A DNA stretch of 63,975 nucleotides from Octopus bimaculoides (lineage: Eukaryota): assembly GCF_001194135.2 (NCBI RefSeq), contig NC_068999.1, positions 4,963,303-5,027,277 on the forward strand, read 5' to 3'. The position numbers and the translations under genes are program-made. The notes below the pieces were generated by a model. The model saw only the letters and a program-made list of their open reading frames with translations, did not search any database and was not told the origin of the DNA. Of this stretch, positions 37,793 through 50,809 are shown piece after piece; within the stretch, counting starts at the first letter, position 1; each line of letters begins with the position of its first letter.

Positions 37793-40700
37793 CATGCGGA
37801 AGTGGTGGTATGCTTTTGTGAATGTGTGTGAGAGTGTGGAAGGAGAGTAGTTGTGTGTGTGTGTGTATGTCTGTGTTGTATTTATGCGTGTGAGTATGTG
37901 TTTGATTGCGCACTGCCACCACCACTACCATCAATGTTACTGTTACATCGCCACCAACACCCTGCTAGTAACCACTAATATTGCTGCTACTACCACTACA
38001 ACTAATATTGTCACAATACCACCATCACCATCCCTACAACAACCACCACCACTACTACTACCACCATTACCACTACCACCATCACCACACCAGCCATACC
38101 ACCTTTGCTTGTAGTCAAGTGACATCAACTTACACCCAGCCACATAAACACAAGCACATAGTTACACATACACACAGTCACACCGGCAGATCCCCCCCCC
38201 CTTTCTCCTACAACAACATTCGTAAAAATCTGAACATGTTCTTTACATATGTGAATATAATTATACACGCATGCACACACACACACACACAGAGCGTCAT
38301 ATATACACACTCACATATACACAGCCTGACATATGCACCCCGCTCGATCACACACAGCCTAGCACATCACCACACACACACACACTTGTCAAAACAACAA
38401 CATTGTTAAACATGTAAGTACCATGTTGTTTATATTTCCAGATATTGACCACACGTGTTCAGAATTTGACCATGGTTCAGCCTTGCACATTGCTGCCAGC
38501 AATGTGGCTTATAATGCAGTTAAAGTGCTGCAGCAGAATGGCGCAAATGCTTACATGAAGGACGACCTAGGACGATATCCGATTGGTGGGTATAGAAAAA
38601 TACATGTATACATAAATGTGTGTGTGTGTGTGTGTTGGTTTCAAATTTTAGCACAAGGCTAACCCTTTCTGAAGAAGGGGTAAGGTGGTTACGTCAACCC
38701 CAAGAGTTCGATTGGTAATTATTTTATTGACCCCCAAAAGGACGAAAAGCAAAATAAACCTTGGCGATATTTGAACTCAGAATATAAAGACAGAAGAAGC
38801 ACTGTGAAGCATTCTATCCACTGTGGTAATGATTCCACCAGTTTGCCACCTTGTAATCTAACCACAAGTACAGTGAAGAATTTGGTGTATGGGTAGGGGT
38901 TCATCAAGGCTCAGTCCTTAGCGCCCTCCTTTCCATCATTGTCCTTCAGGCCATAACAGAAGAATTCAAGACCAGCAGCCCCTGGGAACTACTATATGCT
39001 GATGATCTTGTCCTCATAGCAGTTAGAGGAAGAGAGAGAGAGAGAATAAGTGTACCTTATATTTCAATATTTTGAGGTTATGACCCCTTCTTCAGTTTTT
39101 ACACTGAGTTTTTTGTTGCATTCTTTGACTGTATTTTTGATTCCATTGCTGTCTAGATTGTGTTCCTGATCCCAAGAACTTTCCAGAAGACTCCGAAATG
39201 GGTAAATTAGCAGCGAAAATTCGCAAGATGATGCCAGAAGCTGGTCCAGTCAGCCCAAACACTTGCTCGCCGATATTTGACCCAACTCAGAGCCGAGTGA
39301 CACTTCAGGCTATGGGCTTGAGATTGGGAGATAAAGTGGTGATCAATGGTACTAAGGTGGGTTTATCATAAGGGCTACAACATCACCCTTACACTTTTTA
39401 CCTGCTCCTATTTTAATCTTTTTGTTTAAAGCTGTCGTCTGCATAGATATATCTTTATTCACACACACACACACACACACACACATGGATAAATACACAC
39501 ATCTTTGCACACACATACACACTCTCAGGTGGATATACACCTACACTTACCCATACCTACACCTACATACACACACACACACACACCTACACTCACACTT
39601 CAACTTTACCTGTCACCCACAGAGTGGGAGTCAATAAAATAAAGTACCAGTGACATTCTAGGGTCAACGTAAACAACTAACCCCCTTCACCCTTCCAAAT
39701 TTGTGCCCCTGCGCCTATGTAAGAAACCATTATGTATTTTCATTTATATATATTTATATTTATATTTATTTATTTATCTATTGTAACAGAGCGGTGCTCT
39801 TCGGTACTGCGGTCCCACAGAATTTGCTGCTGGTATTTGGGCTGGTATTGAACTTGATGAACCCATCGGTAAAAACGATGGTAGCGTTGGTGGCATCATG
39901 TATTTTCGCTGTGCATCGAATCATGGTATGTATTCTGCAAAGGGTGCGGCTCCTTCACTTCAACCTTACATCCTCATCTTGTCTCTCTTCTTCTCCACTT
40001 GCAATGGCTTCTCTTTCTCTCAGCTCTATCGCTCATTAATCTCTTACATCCTCGTCCTCTCCCTCTTCTACTCCTTTATTTTATACCACTAACCTAGCTC
40101 TCATCTGCATCATCATGCCCCTTTGCACCACTATCTTATTAGGTCTGCTAGAAAGAGAAGCCAAACCTCAGTCAGATCACACCTTATGATCAAAAGTAAA
40201 GGAAGGCATCTATTAAGACGATGTAGTCTGATAATTCCAAAAAGACAGGATGGCCATATTCAAAACCCTTTTGCTTGTAAGGTTGCTCTATCAGAGCAAT
40301 AACATTAATATCAATGCTTGCCCTCCAAACCCCATCGAACGCCCTCCTCCTTGTTTATGCTGTACCAGCTGACCACCTCATAATTACTCAAACTGAACCT
40401 TAATCCCACTAAATCTCTTTACTTATCTTTACACATCCCTTACAGAACAAACACAAACCTATCGATGAACCTTATCAATCACAACAATCTCAGAAGACCA
40501 ACAAATATCAACAGCATGGCCCTTTCCTTTTAACCCTTTACACAAGACTCGTTTCCCGGGTGTCCATGCATCATGTATGATATATAATCCCGGATTTTTC
40601 CCAACCACGAGTATAACTTGAGACTTATGAACGGAAAGCTTTATATTATCCAGAACGTATGAAACAGGGGTTTAACAAACTGAAAGTCTGCAAACAAACA

Positions 40701-41070
40701 AGGATGTTTAGGGCAAACTTATGAAAATGCTTTGGACAGGTAAAGGGTTGATTAACCATAACCCCCTTGTTCTTTGTCTCCTTGTCATTCTCTCCCTCAT
40801 TTCCCCTCCCCATGGCCCCATATCTATATACATCAATATCATATTTCATTAATCGTCTATTCTCTCACCACCACCATCATTATAGTGACCCTCACTTCTT
40901 CTGTCTTCTTACAGGAGTCTTCGCTCCAGTCAGTAAGATTGCCAAACTTGGCTCTTCACCAGTCCGAGTGTCCACGAGCGGCTGTACCAGCAGTCCCTTG
41001 AAAACGCCACGTCCACTTTCTGTCGACATATCTCATATTTCAGCAAAAGTCGACACAGGTAAGCTCTTAG

Positions 41071-41101
<31 letters not shown>

Positions 41102-43426
41102 TCTGCATGTTAATGAATCGATGAGGAAACCTAAATGGGGTCATTACATCTGTTAGAAATAGCAATGAAATATACCTCTTTAAAACAAACAAAAGGACAC
41201 AGATAATGTAGTCTTAAATATGTCTTTAACCATAGGTATGCTGGTTCAGGTGGGGCCTGACCTAAACATCAACACAAACAAACCAATCAGCCTATATTTG
41301 GTTATTTAGTTCAAGAACAAATAACAAAAATCACTTATTAAATTGCACCTGTCTGTGTGTCTGTCTGTATATCGTTATGTGGAAATATATCTAAGATGTA
41401 TATTTTCTTCATAGTGTGAATTTTCTTCTTACTGTATCTATTTGTGTATAATATGCACTCAGGTATAATGTGTACCTGCAATTAGCGGGCAATAAAATCT
41501 TTGAGAAAATCACCTTCGTGTATAATATGCACTGGCTCTTCTTTAGTATTATGATGTATAGGAAAAGATTAGCCAGATTTATTAGAATTGCTATATAAAT
41601 TACATTGATTAAACTGTTCATTCATTCTAAATGAAACAAAATGCAAATTTGAACATGACTTTTTGAACTTTTACTGGTGTAAGCCATAAAAGTGTGACTG
41701 CTGTAAAGTCAACATTGTAGAAACCACATGATCACATGTTGTATGCAAATAATTACGGTACTTCTTTTGTTGTTCCTTTCATCATTTCCTCCATTTGTTT
41801 CAAACAAATACACATTAGCTGCTAATATGTTAGACCATTGATTGTCTGTACATAAGTTCAAATTTTATTACTGATTTTGACACAAGGCCATAAATTTTGA
41901 TGAGAGAAATTTAGTTGATACCATCAACCCCACTACATGACTGGTACTTTATTCTATCAACCCCCCAAAAGGTAAAGTTAATCTTGGTGGGATTTGAACC
42001 CAGAACATAAAGAACCACAAGAAACACCAGAAGGTATTTTTCTGATACTCCAACAGTTCTGCCAGCTTCCCCACTTTATGCACAATGGCAAGAATATATA
42101 AAATATACCCATGTTCTAACAGTTACCCCTGTTGTCTGTATGCTATGACTGATTTAGTCCTCAGCTGGTGGTACCACTGTAGTAACAAAATATTTTGTTG
42201 CCAATGTGTAACTCTGTCTCTGGGTACCACTGAATAGTCACTACAATATTGGTACCACTTTAATACTTACTGTTATATTTGTATTATTATATGGGTACAT
42301 GTATGCCTTGTTGGTTTTGATGATGGTTATTTAGCTGAAGTACCTGTCCATTTAATTAATGTACAGGTGGTTGAGCATTCCACAAACTGCAAACTGCAAA
42401 CTCCGTTGCTAATCTGTGAAGTTTGAAACAAACTACATGTGATGTCTGAAAGATATGTTTCTAATGCTGTCATCATTGTTGTTGTTGTTATTGTTGCTTT
42501 TATTCTGGCTTTTGGTGTCTCTTGTTATTTGTGCTTCTAAGCAAATCAGTTGTGAGTGAGTGTGCATGGGTAAAAGACAGCACTGTCAACATGTAGCCCC
42601 AAAGATTAGGGAGCAAAGTGGTTGGGGGCAGGGGCGATATAGCTGGATTTCTCTTCTTGCTTCCATTGTCTGAGCTCGGGGAGTGTGTTTGGTCCCCTAT
42701 TTTAAAGTGTTCACTGGGTCCCTTTTCCTAAAGCTAGACCTTACAATACTGATCGTAGCTGACTTTATCAATCAACATTATGTGTAAACCAAGTGTATTT
42801 TATATTCATGGGTTTTTTAAACATGTGGACATGTACATGTTTGTGTGTCTATGTCTTTATGTACATATGTGTATATATTTAATAACAGTTTGATTCAGTT
42901 CCACGTTACTTAAAGATTTGTGATCATGTAGGATGTGGCCACCTTGTCAGATGTTTGGAGACAGCTGTCCAAACATTTGATAGGGTAAATGTGTCCTACA
43001 TGCACAAGAATCTTCAAGTCATGTGGAGCTGAGTGAAGCTGTTATTAAAAATACATACAACTCCATTCAGATGTATTGAGTACTACTTTCTTTCATTTGT
43101 TAAGTCTCTCGTGTGTGTATGTGTGCGTGCATGCATTTTCCTGTGTGTGTATTTAGTTGTATAACGTGTAGGAAGTGTTATAAGTTTGTGTATATATGTT
43201 GCGGTATACATATCTACAAACTCATCGATACACACACACACACACACACACATACACACACACACATGATGTTGATGACTAGGTGTACTTATCCAATTAT
43301 TTACATCGGAGTCTCTTGTTTTTCTGCAGATTTCTTGCGAGTGCCAGGTACGTGTTTGGTTAACAATGAAACAATAACAGAAACACTCTTGCCCCACCAA
43401 TATACATACATGCATATACATATACA

Positions 43427-43478
<52 letters not shown>

Positions 43479-43530
43479 TAAATACACACACATGTATGTG
43501 TATATATAGATGTGTGTGTGTGTGTATATA

Positions 43531-43569
<39 letters not shown>

Positions 43570-46210
43570 TACCCAGCTGAGCATTCTGTTTTGTTTTTCT
43601 GTTTGTTGAATGGTTTTGTTTTTCGTTGTTTTTTTTTTGTTTTTTGGAACTGAAAAAGTTTTTTGTTCTTTTATTTTTTAGTTTGGTTTGTTTATTTTTT
43701 TTGTTTCCGTTTTTTTTTTTTCTTTCTCTCTGACCATTTCTTCACAATCTGCTGTGAACCTTTGTTTTTTTTTTTCTGTGTTATTCTCCTCTAGTTTCCC
43801 CACATCTCCAAGGAGACTCTGAGTCCTTATGTGGCTGGTCCTTCTGCTAGAAGTAGCAACTAAACACCCCTTAAATCATAATCATTTTTACCATTAGTGA
43901 TCCTGCTTCATCACGGCTGACCTGGGGCTAAACTACAACAACAACAACAAACAAACAAACAAAAGCCACCAACACCCTCTTTACCCCCTCCCCACTCACC
44001 CCCTTTTCCCAAAAGTAAGCAATATCATTATTTTTCGCTTCATCTCCATGTGAAACACTTCCTTCACTAATGGATATATTCTGGATCAGTAGAGCTAAGG
44101 GAGAATATTGGCTTCAGATTTTGGCACAAGGCCAGCAATTCGTGGGGAAGCAGGTTTGAGTCGATTACATTGACCCTAGTGTTCAAATGGTGCCTAATTT
44201 ATCGACCCCCGAAAAGATGACCGACAAAGTCGACCTTGATGGAATTTGAACTCAGAACGTAAGGACGGACAAAATACCGCCAAGCATTTCGCTCAATGTG
44301 CCACCGATTCTGCCAGTTTAATCTATGGCGTTGAAATGGCCTGGATTTTGGGTCTGTGAATTTCGGAATTGTTTGAATGATAGGAATAAGGTGTTGAGGA
44401 ATCTGATCAATTTGTAAGGATTTGACAAATTATTTTCCTCAAGTACCATCATCATCACCATTGTTATCATCATCATTATCATCATCATCACCATTATCAT
44501 TCTCAACATCCTCCTCCTCTTCTCTGCCATAATTAATGCCATCCTAATTGGCATCACCATCACAACCATCCTTACAACCATCGTTCCCACCTTTAACATC
44601 ATTTTCCTATCTCTCACCTCCCTCATTACGAACACACTTTCACCATCAATGCTGCTATTCTTACCATGGCCACCACCACTACATTGAACCAAAACTAAGG
44701 GAACTTTTACATAGTTGCTTGATCTGCTAGAAATAGCAGCCAAGTCTCCTTATTATACTGAACATCTTTGAAAGTGTGACATATTGGACAATGTAGTCTG
44801 GGGTGCACTGTGCCCAAATAAAAAGATAGGATGGTCACGGCTGGAATGTCTTTGATTATTGGTTTGCTTAGCCAGAGCAGGCAGTCCTGGGATTAAATGG
44901 TAACCATCATATCACTATTACTACCCTCATCATCATCATTGTCATTATCACTACCATCATCATCATCACCATCATCATCATCACCGTCGTCATCATCATC
45001 ATCATCATCATCATTGTCATCGTCACCATCATCTCAATGAAGCTGACCCATTTTCTGACCAACTGCTGCTACAGATCTTGTCCAGAGTGCATGGCTGCTG
45101 TCTTGTGCATGGTGTGAAGCCTGTTGACCACTGGACACAACATTCTGCTGTTTTCACTAACACCATCTTTTATGCTTTCATATTTACTGTTTTGTTGTTG
45201 TTCTTGTCGTTTTATTATTATTATTAACCTATTAATATTTTTATCTAACCATCTCTCGTCTCCTCTCTTCTACACCACCCTTGACTTCCACTATCCCAAC
45301 ACAAACCAATGGTAGGGCTTCTTTGTCAATCACATGATTCCAGTAGTGGTCACATGGCCTCAGACTAACCAGTGGGTCAGTTTGAGCACTAATAAAGAAG
45401 TGTATGAATTTCATGTGGTCATGTGTCTTACACGTGTCCACAAATGATCCATTATTGTCCTGGAGATAATTTCAACCACTGGGAGAGCTGCTGTTTATCA
45501 GAAATCTGGTTATCATATCTCACACTAACTATTTTCTGTTTTACAATAAATTTGGACCAATGAAAGAGCTTCTATCAATCACATGACCTAGTAATCATTC
45601 CTTCCATAATCACTGTTTTTTCAGTTAATTTGGACCAATGAAAGAGCTTCTATCAGTCACATGGCCTGATAGTTTAACTCAAGAAATACATCCCTATTGT
45701 ACTTAAGACTTGTTAGGCAGCTTCTAGGACCATCATGTGATCACTGCATCCCAAATCAACTTCTCATTGAAAGCTCTGCCAGGGAAGGCACACTCGTGTG
45801 ACAGGGTATCCAAAAGAAGAGGTTGAAGACCTGCCTAGAATCATCTGTAAAAGACTCAACTTTTGGGTTGGCTTCTGGGAGCTTCTGGGAGCTTCTGACC
45901 CCAGAACTAACACGCCTGGTGCAGACTAGCTCACACCAATACCCACACAGCTAAAACAAAATAAGAAGAAAAAAAACAAAACAAAAAAACTGTTACATCT
46001 GGGGAGAAGCATTTATCGTGCAAAGCTAGAGGTAACAGTACCCTAAGTGCTGCCCCCAGCTTTCCTTGTGTACCCTACTACACATGAAACATGATTCTTG
46101 GTATGGTTAGGTCTCATTAGCCAGTTCTCACCGCATCAGACCAGATATACAAACCAGTCCTGAGTTTTAGTTCTCTTTAACAGGAAAGGGACCAACAACA
46201 TATATTTATG

Positions 46211-46255
<45 letters not shown>

Positions 46256-46350
46256 TTATATGTATGTATGTATGTATGTATAGTTCATTGTCTGCATATA
46301 ACATAGTCATAATACAGTCAATTATTTGTTTTCATATATTGATGTTCTGC

Positions 46351-46385
<35 letters not shown>

Positions 46386-47009
46386 CATTGGAATGTAATG
46401 GAACATGTTTTCAGTTATGGTTGTATTTGAGTTTTTTTTTTGTGGGTGTGTGAATTGAGTGTGTGTGTGTATGGCTCTTTGTGTGTGTGTGTGTGTGTGC
46501 ATGTGCGTGTATGTGTGTGCATAATCCTTTTGTTCCATCTATACTTCTTTTTATTCATGTTGGATACAAACATCTACGTGTTTGTACATTGAAAAAGCAT
46601 ACAGGAATATAGATATAGATATGCACACACACACACACACACACACACACTTACACACACATATAATGTGTATATACACAAAGGACAACTGAAAAAACGT
46701 CAATCCACCACAAGGTAATTCCACTTCCATTCATCCACTCCCAAGCATCCACTCCTCCTACATCTCTCTCTCTCTCCCTCTCCCTACCACTCCTATTTAA
46801 ATACCTTTTACATATCCATGTCTAATTAATTAATTATCCTTGTTACACTTCCTGTGTCAATTAGGCAGCTTTAGCAGTTTGGCAGGAATTGGTTCCATTC
46901 ACACACGCATACACACTTTAGCATTATCTCTATCCAGCTCGCACTTTCTGTCAACTAATTGCACACACGCACATATATATGCATGCATATATATATATAT
47001 ATATATATA

Positions 47010-47055
<46 letters not shown>

Positions 47056-47874
47056 NNNNNNNNNNNNNNNNNNNNNNNNNNNNNNNNNNNNNNNNNNNNN
47101 NNNNNNNNNNNNNNNNNNNNNNNNNNNNNNNNNNNNNNNNNNNNNNNNNNNNNNNNNNNNNNNNNNNNNNNNNNNNNNNNNNNNNNNNNNNNNNNNNNNN
47201 NNNNNNNNNNNNNNNNNNNNNNNNNNNNNNNNNNNNNNNNNNNNNNNNNNNNNNNNNNNNNNNNNNNNNNNNNNNNNNNNNNNNNNNNNNNNNNNNNNNN
47301 NNNNNNNNNNNNNNNNNNNNNNNNNNNNNNNNNNNNNNNNNNNNNNNNNNNNNNNNNNNNNNNNNNNNNNNNNNNNNNNNNNNNNNNNNNNNNNNNNNNN
47401 NNNNNNNNNNNNNNNNNNNNNNNNNNNNNNNNNNNNNNNNNNNNNNNNNNNNNNNNNNNNNNNNNNNNNNNNNNNNNNNNNNNNNNNNNNNNNNNNNNNN
47501 NNNNNNNNNNNNNNNNNNNNNNNNNNNNNNNNNNNNNNNNNNNNNNNNNNNNNNNNNNNNNNNNNNNNNNNNNNNNNNNNNNNNNNNNNNNNNNNNNNNN
47601 NNNNNNNNNNNNNNNNNNNNNNNNNNNNNNNNNNNNNNNNNNNNNNNNNNNNNNNNNNNNNNNNNNNNNNNNNNNNNNNNNNNNNNNNNNNNNNNNNNNN
47701 NNNNNNNNNNNNNNNNNNNNNNNNNNNNNNNNNNNNNNNNNNNNNNNNNNNNNNNNNNNNNNNNNNNNNNNNNNNNATATACACACACACACATATATAT
47801 ATATACACACACACATATATATATATACACACACACACATATATATATATACACACACACACATATATATATAT

Positions 47875-47905
<31 letters not shown>

Positions 47906-48798
47906 CACACACACATATATATATATATACACACACACATATGTATATATATATACACTCTCTGAGTGGTTGGCGTTAGGAAGGGCATCCAGCTGTAGAA
48001 ACTCTGCCAAATCAGACTGGAGCCTGGTGTTGCCATCCGGTTTCACCAGTCCTCAGTCAAATCGTCCAACCCATGCTAGCATGGAAAGCGGACGTTAAAC
48101 GATGATGATGATGATGATGACACATATATATATATACACATACATATATATAGACATGTATATATACATCATCATAACCAGCTGTCGGTGATGAATGAGT
48201 ATGATTTGGTGATACTCCTCTGCTAATTGTTTTAGATGCCTGTTTTGTGAGAAGGGGTTATAGGGACCCTCTTGGTCCATCTGCCCTTTGACCCACTGGT
48301 GCACCCAGGAAGGGGAGCCGGCTGTTCCAGCAGTACTCCTTTTCTTGACTGAGTAAACTGGAAGCAGTGTGAAATGATGTGCCTTGCTCAAGGATACAAC
48401 ATGCTGCCCACTCTAAGAATTGAACCCATGACATTACGATCATTAGCCGAACACTCTAACCACCAGATTACATGCCCTCTACTCTCTATCCCCACTCTCT
48501 TTCTTTATATGTGTATGTGTTCTATATTCATGGTGAAGCAGGTAAAACTGCTGTTCAAAGAAGTACTCAATATATGTTTGTTCAAAGTTGATCCAACGAA
48601 GAGTTGCTCATTTGTAAACTCTACGTCATGTGATGTATTACGCAAATTCAACCGTGTTTGTCTAACTATTTGTGTGTGTGTGTGTGCGTGTTTTACTGTG
48701 TGTAAAAGTTAAGGATGCATGTGTGTGTAAATAAGTGTTTTTACTATGTGTTTGAGTACCTGAGAAGCTTATAAAACATGTATATATACATATATATG

Positions 48799-48830
<32 letters not shown>

Positions 48831-48891
48831 TGTGTTCTGTAGATAAAAGTGTTTTTACTGTGTATTTGGGTACCTGAGAGGCTTATAAAAC

Positions 48892-48942
<51 letters not shown>

Positions 48943-50095
48943 CGTGTGTTCTGTAAATAAAGGTGTTTTTACTGTGTGTTTGATTACCTGAGAGGCTTAT
49001 AAAAAAATTTGATGTGATGATGATGGTGACGATGATGTGTCCCTGAGTGTATGTGTAACCATTTATTTCCTCTTTCTACCTGTTTTATCCGCCGTCACCT
49101 CCACTCCCCTCGACCGCCCTAACCCCCCCCCCCTCCTGTCCCTAACTCACCTCTACCTTCATTCTACCAATATTGACACCAGGTCAACAACTACTGCAGC
49201 CGCTGCAATGTTACTTTTTCACAGGTGTTGCAATGTTGCATGTTTTTTTGTTGTTATTTTGTTTTTCCTTTATTTTTTTATTTTTTTTTTTTTGTCTGTG
49301 TTAGTTATTAGCTTGATGGTCGTTGTCCCTGTTTAAACAAATCACCTTCTAGACGTTATTTTTTTCCCTCTGCTTCTCTTTATAACTCATGATGATGATG
49401 TTGCTCTGTCTTCTGTTGCTGTTACTGATAGTTATGAAGCTGCTGATGTTGTTACTATTGCTGCTGTTTATATATAATATATATATATATATATATATTT
49501 CATTACTTTTTATGGACATGTTTGTGTTTTTTGTTCTTTTCTTGTATTTATTGTTAATCAATATTCTACAATGGTTAATCTTGTTTTTTTTTTTGTTTAT
49601 TTGTTTTTCTTTCTGAGTAGTTACAAAAAACTCATCGTTGGAGTTTTGGTCAATATGCTTTTCACTATTAAGTTGTGGCTATTTACATTCTAAGTGTACG
49701 ACCCGGTGGTTCGGCTGTTGCATTCGTGATAGCAAGATCAAGGTTTCGATCCCAAGATTGCATTGTGTTCTTGAGCAANNNNNNNNNNNNNNNNNNNNNN
49801 NNNNNNNNNNNNNNNNNNNNNNNNNNNNNNNNNNNNNNNNNNNNNNNNNNNNNNNNNNNNNNNNNNNNNNNNNNNNNNNNNTATTCAATTTAATTCAAGT
49901 CTCTATCAATATAGCTTTTAATGCATAAATTCATAAATTTTCATGACAATGTTTTGCTCTGTTAAACATTTTGATTTGAACACACAAATGTAGAATAAGA
50001 GAGACCTCCGCCTCCTCATCTTCTTCCTCCTCCTCATCTTTCTCCTCCTCATCTTTCTCCTCCTCATCTTCCTCCTCTCTCTCTCTCTCTCTCTT

Positions 50096-50142
<47 letters not shown>

Positions 50143-50503
50143 CTCTGTTAGTATCTCCTTCTCTCTCTCTCTATATATATATATATGTGTGTGTGCGTGT
50201 GTGTGTGTGTAGGCACAGGTGTAGCTGTATAGTAAGAAGCTTGCATCCCAATCATATGGTTTCCGGGTTCAGTCCCACTGGATGATACCTTAGGCAAGTG
50301 TCTTCTACTATAGCTTCGGGCTGACTAAAGCCTTGTGAGTGGACTTGGCAGATGGAGACTGAAAAGAGGAATCCAACATTACTATATTGCAATGGATTGG
50401 TCCAACAACGAACAATTATTATTTAAAACTTACTCAGCTACACACCTCATCTCTCTCTCTCTCTCCCTCCCTCTCTCTCTCTCTTTCTCTCCCCCTCTCT
50501 CTC

Positions 50504-50541
<38 letters not shown>

Positions 50542-50720
50542 GAAATCTCATATCAATGTTAATCATCTTTCAATCCGGTTTCTTTTCAATAACATTACAC
50601 TAAACACCATTTACAGACTAATTCCTCCCCTTCTTTATTACTTCCCCCCCACTCAACTCGTCTTTTTTCATTTAATTTTGTTTGATCTCACTGTAACAGC
50701 TGAGATACATTAAAGTCAAA

Positions 50721-50809
<89 letters not shown>

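Noticed and set aside
43120-43140. TGCATG (Rbfox-type motif) upstream of the microexon
   Set aside because: It occurs many times in the decayed CA/TG repeats of this window, so it is uninformative.
43785-43850. Strong-looking acceptor ...TTCTCCTCTAG at about 43794
   Set aside because: No matching donor, and the phase-1 reading reaches a stop after about 18 codons; T-rich tracts produce such sites by chance.
45075-45112. Possible small exon after CTGCTACAG
   Set aside because: Poor pyrimidine tract, weak donor, and it does not preserve phase 1/1.
46840-48098. The longest ORFs (328-379 aa); likewise 5981-6872, 33689-34135 and 58666-59232
   Set aside because: They read through N gaps.
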